From the human T2T-CHM13v2.0 reference genome, Homo sapiens, in the NCBI RefSeq assembly GCF_009914755.1, contig NC_060946.1: a stretch of DNA of 64,000 nucleotides, one strand, 5' to 3'. Below are positions 1 through 14,579 of the stretch, one piece after another. Within the stretch, counting starts at the first letter, position 1. Every line of letters starts with the position of its first letter. A model generated the notes under the pieces. The model did no database searches and had not been told where the DNA came from. It saw only the letters and a program-made list of their open reading frames with translations. Made by a program: the position numbers and the translations under genes.

Positions 1-201
<201 letters not shown>

Positions 202-261
202 TCAATTATTTTTTCTGACAGGAGTGGAAGAGTATTAAAAAATCAGTAACAGGAGGAATTT

Positions 262-1565
262 TTTTCCCGACCGTCTTTGGCTCCCTCTCTCGCCACCCTT
301 TTTCTTCCTCCATCTACCCCAAAACTTTTTCCCCACCATTTTTTCCCCACTGTCTTTTTGCAAAGCCTTCTATACTTTACCGCTCACTTCCGTTTTCCCC
401 ACCCATCTACCCCAAAACTTGTCCCCACCGTCTTTTCTCCCTCTCTCTCTGGCCACCCTTTTTTTCCGCCTCCCGCTCTCATCATCCTCTTTTGCTCCTT
501 CATCTCCCCAAAAACATTTCCCTCATCTTTTCCCAAAGCCTTCTCCCCACTCCTGCTGCTCGCCACCCTCTCTTTCCCCTTCCGTCTACCCAAAAACTGT
601 TTCCCTATCGTCTTTTTTCCCTTCCTCCTTGCCACCCTTTCCCTTCTCCATCTACCCAAAAACATTTTTCCCGCCGTCTTTTTACAAAGCCTCTTCTCTA
701 CTCCTGCTCACCACGCTCTTTTAACCCATCTACCTCCCCAATTTTTCCCTGCCATCTTTTCACAAAGCCTTCCCCTCTTCCCGCTCTCCCTCTTCTTTCC
801 TCTTTCCTTCTTGCCACCCTCTTTTTGCCCTCCATCTACCCCAAACTATTTTCCTCATCGCCTTTTTCCAGTCCTCTTTCCCCACTTCCTCTGGCCAAAC
901 TTTCTATTCTCCCCCCGCTTGTCACCCTCTTTTCCCCCTCCATCTACCCAAACACTTTTTACCCACTGTCTTTTCTTTCTACACTTTCTTTTCTGCCTAT
1001 CGTCTTTTCGCAAAACCTTTTCTCTTTCCCGCTCGCCACCCTCTTTACCCTTCTCCCACTGGCCACCCTCTTTCCCCCCTCCATCTACCCAAAAGCTTCT
1101 CTCCTCACTGTCTTTTTGCAAAACCTTCTCTCCCTCCTGCTCGCCACTCTCTCTTCCCCCTCCCTCTCTGCAACCTCTTTTCTCCTCCCACTTGCCACCC
1201 TTTTGCCCCCTCCATCTACTCAAAATCTTTTTACCCACAGTCTTCTTTCCCTTTCTTCTCTCCCCACCATATTTTTGCAAACCTTCTCTCTCCTTCCTGC
1301 TCATCCCCGTTCCCCTCTCACGACCCTCTCTTACCCCCTTCCATCTACCCAAAAACTTTTTCCCCACCATCTTTCTGTGAAACCTTCTCTACCTCCTGTT
1401 CACCACCCTGTTTTTCCCCCTCCATCTACCCCCCAATTTTTTTTTCCCCAACATCTTTTCCTCATCGTCTTTATGCAATGCCTTCTCCGGCTCACCATCC
1501 TTTTTTCCTTTTGGCACTAACCACCCTCTTTACCCTTCCATCTATCCCGAAACTATTTTCCCCTT
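262..1565 (+). repeat. Degenerate modular C/T-rich tandem repeat (CCATCTACCCAAAA / GTCTTTT / GCAAAACCTTCT / GCCACCCTC modules)
   Basis: CCATCTACC-type anchor at about 310, 403, 500, 582, 648, 726, 832, 940, 1081, 1212, 1341, 1422 and 1538 (spacing 66-141 bp); + strand strongly G-poor. Confidence 0.9.
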
Positions 1566-1749
1566 CCTACCTTTCCAGCCACACTACAGTGTCTGTCGCC
1601 ACCAACTGCAGGGAGGCCAGCCACGGTGCAGCAGGCTACGGCCTCCAGTCTGTCCTGGTCCTCTAAGCCGGGCTCGGAGCAGCTCGGTGAGCAGACACAG
1701 AAGAACCTGGAATAGCCTGACTCTTCTTCAGCACCATTTATGTACTGAA

Positions 1750-1990
1750 GTTATGCATATGCGGTTCGTGGACTACACGTTCCAGGATTGGATAAGAGAA
1801 AGCCCAGAGGCCTACTCTGATTGGACTTTGTTATCATGTTCTGTTTGGATGAAAGAAAGTCTTAGGAAAACCAATCAGTGTATGAAAATAAAGTCCAATC
1901 AGAGAAGGCCTAGAGATTTTCTCTCACCCAATCAGAACATGTAGTCCAGAAACCATGCGCGTAACCCCATGTGCATGCTGAGGAGGCCTC
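1750..1990. promoter_or_regulatory. BAGE promoter: clustered CCAAT (NF-Y) boxes in both orientations plus ACTACA-type and GCGCATG-type motifs
   Basis: ATTGG at ~1787 and ~1820 (degenerate TTTGG ~1845); CCAATCAG at 1871, 1895 and 1928; GGACTACACGTTCCAG at 1770 with its mirror at 1932-1947; lies directly upstream of exon 1. Confidence 0.7.
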
Positions 1991-2108
1991 ACGCCAGTTT
2001 AGGGTCTCTGGTATCTCCCGCTGAGCTGCTCTGTTCCCGGCTTAGAGGACCAGGAGAAGGGGGAGCTGGAGGCTGGAGCCTGTAACACCGTGGCTCGTCT
2101 CGCTCTGG

Positions 2109-2150
2109 ATGGTGGTGGCAACAGAGATGGCAGCGCGGCTGGAGTGTTAG
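2109..2150 (+). other. Upstream ORF in BAGE 5' UTR (MVVATEMAARLEC*), in-frame ATGs at 2109 and 2127
   Basis: ATG GTG GTG GCA ACA GAG ATG GCA GCG CGG CTG GAG TGT TAG; the second ATG is in strong context (GAGATGG); the stop is 41 nt before the main ATG. Confidence 0.6.
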
Positions 2151-2240
2151 GAGGGTGGCCTGAGCAGTAGGATTGGGGCTGGAGCAGTAAGATGGCAGCC
2201 GGAGCGGTAAGAGTGCAGCCTGAGCGGTAGGAGGGTGGCT
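2141..2240 (+). repeat. 20-bp minisatellite, 5 units (KGAGCRGTARGA...GCY)
   Basis: ggagtgttaggagggtggcc / tgagcagtaggattggggct / ggagcagtaagatggcagcc / ggagcggtaagagtgcagcc / tgagcggtaggagggtggct. Confidence 0.85.
2192..2206 (+). CDS. BAGE: BAGE coding exon 1 (MAAGA)
   Basis: AAG ATG G (strong Kozak); ATG GCA GCC GGA GCG followed by donor gtaaga; phase 0. Confidence 0.88.
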
Positions 2241-2389
2241 GGCAGCTGGAGCTGCTCTTGACCGGCTAGAGGTCTAGGAGAAGGTGGGGACCGTGCCCAA
2301 CACTGGCGGCTGTAGCCTTGGCCACCGCGGCTCGCCTGGCTGCAGTTGGAGGTGGCGACGGAGACTGCATCTCTGTTAGAGTAGTAGAA

Positions 2390-3160
2390 AGGTGGCAGGG
2401 TAGGTGCGCTCTCTGTGGCTGCACTGCCCGCTTGCGGGGTGGTGGGGGAGCGGGTTTGGTGTGCTTTTGGAGCTGCACTGCCTGCCGCAGGGGGCTGGTG
2501 GGTGGCACTATCAGGTGTTGAATTGCTGGCAGTGGGGCAGGTTTGCTGCGCTATCAGAGTCTACACTGCCTAAGGTGGTGGGGGGTTGGAGGCAGGTTGT
2601 GTGTACCGTCGTGCACTGCCAGCAGCGGGTGGTGGGGGATTAGGGGCATTATTAGCTGCTACACTGGCTGATGCAGGGGGCGGGTTTGGTGAGCTATCGT
2701 GAGCTACAATGTCAGCAACAATGCCAACTGGCAGGCAGTCGGGGGTGCTTTAGGGGAGCTGTGAAATGTTGCATTGTCTGTGGGGGAAAGGGGAAGGTGG
2801 GGTCCAGGGGTTTGTTGGGTGCACTACCCCGGGCGTTCACTGCCTGCGACAGGAGCAGACTGGGGGCGCTATCTGGGGCTATACTGCTTGTGGTCCGGGT
2901 GGGGGGCGGGTTTGATGGGGTGCTATTTGGTGCTGCAACACCCATGGTGGGGATAGGTTGTGGACACTATCAAGTGTTACACTGCCAGGAGCAGAGGGGT
3001 CATTTGGGGGCGCTATCAGTGTTACACTGCCTGCAGCAGTCTCTGGGTGTGTTGTGGGCACAATCCGGGGGCTAAGCTTGTGGTGGAGGGGGCAGGTTAG
3101 GGGCGCTATGGGGGGAAGCTGCACTGCTGCTTCCAGCGGCAGGTTGTGGAGGTGGCCACG
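2390..3160 (+). repeat. Highly diverged G-rich tandem repeat (~45-60 bp, GGCGCTATC...CACTGCC...GGGG) in BAGE intron 1
   Basis: Recurring GCRCTATC / CACTGCC motifs separated by G-runs, e.g. ~2506, 2548, 2692, 2820, 2866, 2963, 3009 and 3102. Confidence 0.65.
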
Positions 3161-3675
3161 ACAGTGGTGGCCTCTGAGGAAGGGGCCCTTCTCCTCTTCC
3201 CGGACTCAAGGCTCTAGAGTGTGAACAACTTCTGCTCGTGTTGGAGCGTGGAGGGTGCACAGAGTTTTTGTGGCAATCCTCTGACCACCGCAGGGCCCTC
3301 ACACCCACCATGGTTACTCGGCCCTTGCCCTCTTGCTCTGTGTTGTGGGGACCATCTGGGAGCCCCAGGCATGGAGTAGTGGGCACCACGGGGGCTCAGG
3401 GTCCTGTGGGTGGAGGAGTAAGGAATGGGAACTGGTAATTGGGTTGGGAGGACTGGCTGGGTCTGAGTTTCTGCTGTTCTTGCTCCCCAAGGAGCTGCGG
3501 ACACTGTGGTGTCTCCAGTCCCCACCCCAGGTCAGGAGGCCAGCTCGGTCTAGGAGGAGAGGCTGGACTTTGGAGGGTGGGTGTAAGTGCCTTCGCTGAA
3601 ACTGGCCCCAGCCACCCAGTGGGCAGCATGACAGGGTGAGGCTCTAACACTGCCACTTTCTGCATCCTATTGTAG

Positions 3676-3780
<105 letters not shown>

Positions 3781-4744
3781 TTCATCTTCTGCGGTTGTGG
3801 CAGCCACGGTGATGGAGACGGCAGCTCAACAGGAGCAATAGGAGGGTACCCATGGAGGCCAAGTGGTAGGATCCTTGGAGGGTGGGCAGGTGCATGGAAG
3901 GTGACAGCAGCGCTGATTCCTTTGGTGTCGGCGCAATGGTGGCAGCAGCAGCAAGTCTAGGGGCCAGGAAGGGGAAGTAGGAGAGCTTTGGGGCCCGGCC
4001 TGGCCTGGGGTGGGTAAGAAGCTGCTGGTTCTGTACTGCAGGCCTCAGTGACAGTGGTGGAGGTGCAGCCAGGGCAAGGAGGAGTCCTCCCCCTTCTCCT
4101 GTGGTCTCTGGTCTCTGGAGGGTGCCCTCCTTCTGCTAGCATCTGAGTCAGGTGTGAGTGGCAGCATTGTTTCATTCTTAACAGAATTTAGGGGCTTACT
4201 ATTTGTGTATCTTTTTGTTTTTGGTTGTGATAACCCTTAAGGGACAAAAGGCTTCTTTGGCTGGGTTTTGGTGTCATGGGATCCCCCCATGTAAGACACA
4301 GGGTGCTTTCCTGGCAAGCTGTGTGTTGGAGGGAGTTCCCCAAGGGGAAGAAAGGGAACCTCTCAGGAAGGTGGCTGCTGTGGCAGGTCCCCTGCCTCTG
4401 GGCACCCTTTGGGCCACCTAGTTTCCCCTGTGGAAGTGGGGAGGCTTAGACCAGTATCACTTGTATCATCAAAGAGGCATCCTGGCTGGGCCAGTTGATT
4501 TGACCTTCCCACTTCTTCAGCCCACCTGCCCATGGTGTCACCTGGGGAAACTGGAACCTCAGGCCACAGGGGCAGAGGCTTCTTCGGCAGGCTGATTGCT
4601 ATAGAGGATTCTGTTCTGCCTGCTGCTCAGGAGGGCTTCTATGGCCACCGATCACTGCAACCTCCGCCTCCTGAGATCAAGCGATTCTCCTGTCTTAGCC
4701 TCCCAAGTAGCTGGGATTACAGGCGTGCTACCATGCCCGGCTAA

Positions 4745-5032
<288 letters not shown>

Positions 5033-5097
5033 TGAGCCATCGCGTCTGGCCTCATACATTTTCTAAATGAGTTTTGTAAATTTTTTTTTTTTTTTGA

Positions 5098-5262
<165 letters not shown>

Positions 5263-5729
5263 TAGACAGGGTTTTGCTATGTTGGCTAGGCTGGTCTCGA
5301 ATTCCTGACCTCAGGTGATCCACCTGCCTCGGCCTCCCAAAGTGCTGGGATTACAGGTGTGAGCCACCATGCCCGGCCAATTTTGTAACTTTAAAGAGAA
5401 CAAAAATCCTGAGATGGAAACTTATGTAGAATTTTATTCATAATTGAAGTTAGTTACATTACAGTGGGAATAAAAACTAGAAAGTTACATTGTATCTTCT
5501 AAACATATGTATTTAACATAACTTCACATTTCATTATAGATGGTTCTTTGGAATGACATTTAAAAATTTTGTGGCTGGGCGCAGTGGCTTACACCTGTAA
5601 TCTTAGCACTTTAGGAGGCTGAGGCGGGTGGATTGCTTGAGCTCAGGAGCTCAACAAGTCTGTGCAGCATGACAAAACCCTGTCTCTACAAAAAATATGT
5701 AAATTATCCAGCTATGGTGGCCCTCATTA

Positions 5730-5825
<96 letters not shown>

Positions 5826-6589
5826 CTAGACAAAGTGAGACCCTGTCTCCAAAAAAAGAAATTGTTATAATGAAAGAATAGATTTACATTGTTTGTTTTG
5901 TTTTGTTTTTTTTCTCAGAAGTGTAGAGTTTGTTCTTAGTCTGTCCATCTGTATACAAGCATGAACTGTACAGTCAACTGCCTTGTAGAGAGGGGCTGGT
6001 TTTTGGTTATGTCTTAAATCTTAACTCCTTTTAATTATTCTGAATTTTAGTGGGATTCCTGTATCATTGTAGATTTGGAAAGTATTGAGTAGGAGATGAT
6101 AATCTATAATCAGGGTTCTGAGTTGGTAAGATTTTATAGATCTGAAAAAAGTAATTTCTTGACCTTGGCCTCAATAAGAAAGTCAGAACTTGACCCTTAT
6201 TTACCAGCACCATCCCCCTCCCCCCACAATATTTAAAGTGTTTAAATCATTTATTTTGAAATTCTTATGTGATCCAAGACCACTGTTCACTTAAGCTAGT
6301 TTATTCGTTTATTAAAACAAAAGAAGTAGCCTGCAGTTACGTGTTTCTTTTTTTGTTGTTTGGTGTCAGGAGTAGAATACATTTGGCCAGCTTCATGAGA
6401 GGATTAGAAAGTTGGAGAAGGAAAAATAGAATTGTTTATGGAGCCAGGAGAATAATTGTCTATAATTATAGATGCTTGTTTTGAGGTTTGGAAAAGGTGG
6501 TTTAAAAAACTTTTAAGAAAAACCATGATAAACATCTATAAATATGAGGAAGAAAAATTGGTTGCAACATTTAAAAAAAATTGTTTTGA

Positions 6590-6896
<307 letters not shown>

Positions 6897-7960
6897 TAAA
6901 TGAAAATTTTCCTTTGTTAAATGGAAGAAAATAAGCTCTGTTTGGGAGAGTGAGGCCCAAGTAGGACATCCTTGATACACATTGAAGATCTATTTATTTA
7001 TTTATTTAAATTTTTTGCTCTGCAAAATTGACCAGAGTATTAAGATCATTTTAATTGGTTAGTATTTAAGTTTTGACTTCCTGGCCAGAGATAGTAGATT
7101 GGAAAGGATTTAGAGATTTACTGAGGGAGTTAACCCAAGATTTTAACATTGTGATGCAAAATGATGTTAAAACGCATTTGTTTCCCTTTTATTATTTAAA
7201 GAAATCCTAGATTTCTTTAAATAATACAAAGTAATTAAATGGACCTGTTGGGTTATTTGAAATTAAGCAGTAGACAGGGGAAGTTCTTGTAAGTGGTTAC
7301 TAAAGCGTTAATCTTAGAGGCATTCTCCACTGGCTGTCCGTAGCAGCGTCCCTGATGTGGGCTTTGGAGAAATCCATCCCACCTTTTTTAGGTGCCTGCT
7401 TTACATCGGATCTACTTTCTCTACTGGTGCCTTTTCTTCCACCTTCTTCCCCCTGCTCTTTCTCATAGATGGTGTGGAGGTGGGAGAGAGGGAGGGAGAG
7501 GGAGATCAATTGATTGATTGTGTGTTGAGGGGGTGGGGGGGTGGGAGATTCTCAGGGCCATAAAAGTTGCACGAAATAAAATGCTCTTTTTTTTTTCTTC
7601 TGTGGGCCCTGCCATGAGATCAGGTTGTCAGGACTTGATTGGGAGCCACGGATCCGGCCCTACTGAAAACATTGTTGCAGGATGGGATGGGATGAAGCTG
7701 AAAGTCTTATCAAGTGGTATTATATCTGGCACAACAAACGGCCAGAACCCCAAAATACCCTAAGGATAAAAAGTTTTTGTTTGATACAAAAAGTTTATAT
7801 TTGATACAAAAATATCATAGGATATTTTTGTATCTGGTTTGGAAGGATGACTTGAGTTGGATTGTACTGTTAAAGACAAAATGAACGATTGTATTTATTA
7901 AGTATTTAACCTTATTAAAGCATTAAGTATGATAGCACTAGTTATAGAGAATTGTTTGCG

Positions 7961-8016
7961 TATGCACACACATACACATATATATATACATATACACACA
8001 TACATATATACACACA

Positions 8017-8069
<53 letters not shown>
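7961..8069. repeat. (CA/TA) mixed tract followed by pure (TA)n at an Alu tail
   Basis: Pure AT alternation ~8019-8069. Confidence 0.95.
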
Positions 8070-8074
<5 letters not shown>

Positions 8075-8483
8075 AGACTTGGTCTCGCTCTGTCATCCAG
8101 GCTGAAGTGCAGGAGTGAGATCTTGGCTCACTGCAGCTTTGACCTTCCGACCCCAGTGATCCTTCCACCTCAGCCTCCCAAGTAGCTTGGGCCGCGGGGA
8201 TGTGCCATCACCACCAGCTAATTTTTTTATCTTTTATTTTTTGTAGAGACGGCATCTCTCGATGTTGCCCAGGCTGATCTCGAGCTCCTGGGTTCAAGTG
8301 ATCCACCCACCTCAGCCTCCCAAAATGCTGGGATTATAGGCGTGAGTCACTGGGCCCGGCTGAGATGTATATATTATATATACATCTCATATACATATAC
8401 ATATATACATAATCTCATACATAAAAATTATACATAATATATATAATATTTATAATATAATATATGTAATATATATAAATTAA

Positions 8484-8836
<353 letters not shown>

Positions 8837-9266
8837 TAGTAGAGATGGGGTTTCACCATTTTGGTCAGGCTGGTCTTGAATTGCTGATCCGTGATCTGTC
8901 TGCCTTGGCCTCCCAAAGTGCTAGGATTACAGGCGTGAGCCACCATGCCTGGCCTATATTTTTAATAATGAAATCAGAACTAGGTTTGTAAACAGGGAAA
9001 GAACAAATAATCATAAAAGTTTTATGTTCTGGATTTGGAAGTTGGTTGATTTGAGAGTAATGAGAATAAATAATATCCCCTCCCCCTTTAGTTCTCAAGG
9101 TTTTCCACTTAGTTTAAGTAGTTTTATTAGCTATAGTAGAGTAACTCAGCATTTTGAAATATTTGTATAATTTGAAAAGTCTCTGAAAGAACACTGATTC
9201 AGGTATAGCATTGCAAGTTTGAGGGGTTTCAACAGATTTCTTCATGTGTGTTTAATTCCATGATGA

Positions 9267-9589
<323 letters not shown>

Positions 9590-9786
9590 TGATCTGCCTG
9601 CCTCGGCCTCCCAAAATGCTGGGATTACAGGCATGAGCCACTGCACCTGGCCCACTTAACCAGCATTTTAACATATTCTGAAAATCTGATTGCCAGAATT
9701 TAATGACATTAGAAGAAATTAGAAGAAATTTTTTAAAAAGCTCATAACTATTACGTAGCAAGTATGTTTTCAAAGAACTTGTTTTA

Positions 9787-9984
<198 letters not shown>

Positions 9985-10284
9985 TCAGGTTGAGCTCTGG
10001 AGGTCAAGACTGCAGTGAGTTGAGATGGCGCCACTGCACTTAAGCCTGGGTAACATTAAGCCTGGGTAACAGAGGGAGACTCTGTCTCAAAAAAAAAGAA
10101 ACCCACCCAGTTTGATGAATTAGATACATGTTAAGTGAAACTATTTTTCAGATAGTGTAGAATTAACTTCATTATGTTCACAATTAAATTCATATTAGAC
10201 TGTTACCTATTCTAAGATATTTGATATTAACCCTCAAGGGACATTGGCTACATTTTGTTTTTAACAAAACCTTGTAGTTTATGT

Positions 10285-10638
10285 CAGTGGTCTCCAAACT
10301 TTTTGGCACCAGGGACTAGTTTTGTGGAAGATAGTTTTTTCCACAGACCCCAGGGGGAGCAGGGAGGGGATGGTTTTGGGGTGAAACTCTTCCACCTTAG
10401 GTCATCAGGCATTAGTTAGACTAGTTAAATTCTCATAAGAAACACACAGCCTAGGTCCCTTGCTTGTGCAGTTCACAATAGGGTTTGTGCTTCTATGAGA
10501 ATCTAATGCCGCTGCTGATCTAGAGGAGGCCGAGCTCAGGTTAATGCTGGCTTGCCTGCCGGTCACCTGCTGTGAGGCCTGGTTCCCAACAGGCTACCGA
10601 CTGGTATTGGTCTGCAGCTAGAGGTGGGGGGAACCCTG
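10285..10638. mobile_element. MER1B (hAT-Charlie non-autonomous element)
   Basis: cagtggtctccaaactttttggcaccagggact…tatgagaatctaatgccgctgctgatct…ggggaaccctg. Confidence 0.85.
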
Positions 10639-10721
10639 AGTACGATAAACTATCTTCTAGAATAATTTTTTTTAATATATTGAAGCAGTAGTGCCTAGTT
10701 TATAAGTAGACATATGTGTAG

Positions 10722-11006
<285 letters not shown>

Positions 11007-11355
11007 TGATCCGCCCGCCTCGGCCTCCCAGAGTGCTGGGATTACAGGTGTGAGCCACCCCACCCGGCCACCTTGGCCACTATTACAAAAGTAAAGCTAA
11101 ATAATACTGAACTATATGTTCCATGTTTTGTAAGCACTGTTGATTTGGAAACAGTGTATTCTAACAATAAATTTTAAATGTAACTAATAGTATATGTTTC
11201 TGAATAAATAGGTTCTACTTCTAATATAAAGTGTCATATTTCTTTTAAAATCATTGCTCAAGTTGTATAGTTGTTTTGGGCACATATTTTCAACTTCCAG
11301 ACCAATACAAAATGTAAAATAAGTAAAAAACGTGATATAGTTGTATCCTTTCTAA

Positions 11356-11715
<360 letters not shown>

Positions 11716-13926
11716 TAATCCAAGTGTCAGATTATTCAATAGCTTCCTGTCTTTTGGTTTGTGGGAAGTTTGATACATCATTTTTTAATGTTTCTTAGCC
11801 CTTTGTTATATTTCATGGATAGTGGGGAAGTGAGTCTGTGACTTGATTGAAATATATTGTACAATGCGTTCATCTGCATCATAGTCACTTGGCTTTTAGT
11901 GGTGAAGTGGAAGCTAAACTTCTCCTTAGGAACAATTGCACTGATTTATTTAACTGATATTGATGACGCTCCATAAAGATAAAAATGTCATTGCATGGAG
12001 TCTTACTTGTGATGTAATTTGTATTTTGGAGAAGTAAATCATAGTATGATTTTAGATGTTTTATTAACATCTAAAATGTTTCAGTTTCTAGAGTAGAATA
12101 TTGTTAAACAAAATGGTAAACACTGTAAACCATAATACTACAGCAGTCCCCTTCAGCTGTCTTCTCCTTCCCAAGAAGAAACCATTACCACCACTACCTC
12201 TTCTCCCTCCAAAACAGAAACCATTACCACCTCCACCTCTAACAACAGAAAAAAAAAACCCAAAAAATAAAAAAACCCTTTTTTGGCCCCACACTGTGGC
12301 TCACACCTGTAATCCCAGCACTTTGGAAGGCCAAGGCAGGATCCTCTTGAGACCAGGAGTTCGAGCCCAGCCTGGGCAACATCAGGAGTCCTCATCTCTA
12401 CTAAGAAAAAAAAAATGGCTGTGTGTTGTGATACACCGATATTCCCAGTTTTTTGGGAGGCTGAGGCAGAAGGATCACTTGAGCCTAGGAGTTCAAGGCT
12501 GCAGTGAGCCATGATTGTACCACTGCACTCCAGCCTGGGCAGCAGAGAAGGACTCTGTCTCAAAAAACAAACAAGAACACCTTTTTAATCTGTTAACTCA
12601 TGGTTTGTTTAAGATTTTCTTTTGGCCATTTTTGATGCCTTTTTTTTGAGACAGATTCTCACTCTATCTCCCAGGCGGGAGTGCAGTGGTGTGATCATGG
12701 CTCATTGCACCCTCGACTTCCCAGAATCAGATGATTCTCCTACCTCAGCCTCCCAAGTAGCTGGGACTGCAGGCACACACCACCATGTCCAGCTAATTTT
12801 TGTATTTTTTGTAGAGACTGGGTTTTGCCATGTTGCCCAGAGTGGTCTTGAACTCCTGGGCTCAAGTGATCCACCCACCTTGGCCTGTCAGAGTGCTGGG
12901 ATTATAGGCATATGCCAGCTGCACCCAGCCCATTTTTGATATCTAAAATCTTTCATCATAGTTTAGTCAGCCATATTTTTCCTAGAATTTTTTTAAAACT
13001 ATTTTGTCTTGCTATCAAGCTATTACTCTGTAGTTTTACATACATTCTTTATTTTAACTAAACTGTTATGAGCAATAATTTGTGATAACTTTTTTTTTTT
13101 TTGAGACAGAGTTTTGCTTTTGTTGCCCAGGTTGGAGTGCAATGGCACATGTGATCTTGGCTCACTGCAACTTCCGCCTCCCAGGTTCAAGCGATTCTCC
13201 TCCCTCAGCCTCCCGAGTAGCTGGAATTACAGCCATGCGCCACCATGCCTAGCTAATTTTTTATTTTTAGTAGAGACTAGGTTTCTCCAAGTTGGTCAGG
13301 CTGGCCTCAAACTCCCAACCTCGGGTGATCTGCCCACCTCGGCCTCCCAAAGTGCTGGGATTACAGGCGTGAGCCACCACGCCCTGCCAATTTGTGATAA
13401 CTTTTTAATCTTTTTGTATTGTGTATTTAAACTTTAAGTTCTTTTCCCTGTCAATTTCTGACAGATTAAACAATAATAATCTTTATATTACTTAAAAGCT
13501 TCTTCTAAAAGGTACAAAGGAAAAAATGGAATGAAAAGTGAACTAGGCAGCGTGTAGTGGCTCCTGCCTGTAATCCCAGCACTTTGGGAGGCCAAGGTGG
13601 GCAGATCACATGGGACCAGGAGTTTGAGACCAGTCCGGCTAACATGGCGAAACCCCGTCTCTACTAACAATACAAAAATTAGCCAGGTGTGGTGGTGCAT
13701 GTCTATAATCCCAGCTACCTGGGAGGCTGAGACATGAGAATCACTTGACCCTAGAAGGTGAAGGTTGCAGTGAGCAGAGATCGAGCCACTACTCCAGCCT
13801 GGGCAGAAATTAAAAAAAAAAAAAAAAAGTGAAGTTGAACTAAATTAGGTCTGGTGAGTTTGAAATGATGGTTGTATATACCTCTAAGATCAGTAAAACC
13901 TAAATCAATCTAGAGAACAGGTGTTA

Positions 13927-14283
<357 letters not shown>

Positions 14284-14474
14284 TTAAAATTAGGAAACTA
14301 TGGATGAATTGGATGTTTTGGTCTGGTCGAAGTACTGTGAATTAAATTTTTGGTTACACTTTACTTTGATAAGCAGTGACGGTCCAGTAATTTTGATGAT
14401 AGTCTATATATCATGTAACTTGACTTATTTAGTTGTCTACAAATATCTTTTTTTTTTTTTTTTTTTTTTTTTGA

Positions 14475-14579
<105 letters not shown>

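Larger units (their letters stand above)
1566..2151. repeat. Imperfect inverted repeat (~290-bp arms, centre ~1855-1860)
   Basis: 1653-1672 TCCTGGTCCTCTAAGCCGGG is the exact reverse complement of 2036-2055; 1815-1829 is the exact reverse complement of 1890-1904; gapped similarity continues out to 1566/2151. Confidence 0.9.

Noticed and set aside
277-1520. Long ORFs (367 aa, 342 aa, 171 aa) over the C/T-rich repeat
   Set aside because: Stop codons are rare because the strand is purine-poor; non-ATG starts, low-complexity F/P/S/L products and several frames open at once.
262-1565. CRISPR-like appearance (conserved anchor with variable spacers)
   Set aside because: The spacers are related to one another and vary widely in length, the context is primate, and there are no cas genes.
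10040-10071. 16-bp tandem duplication (TTAAGCCTGGGTAACA x2) within an Alu
   Set aside because: Ordinary local slippage with no functional implication.
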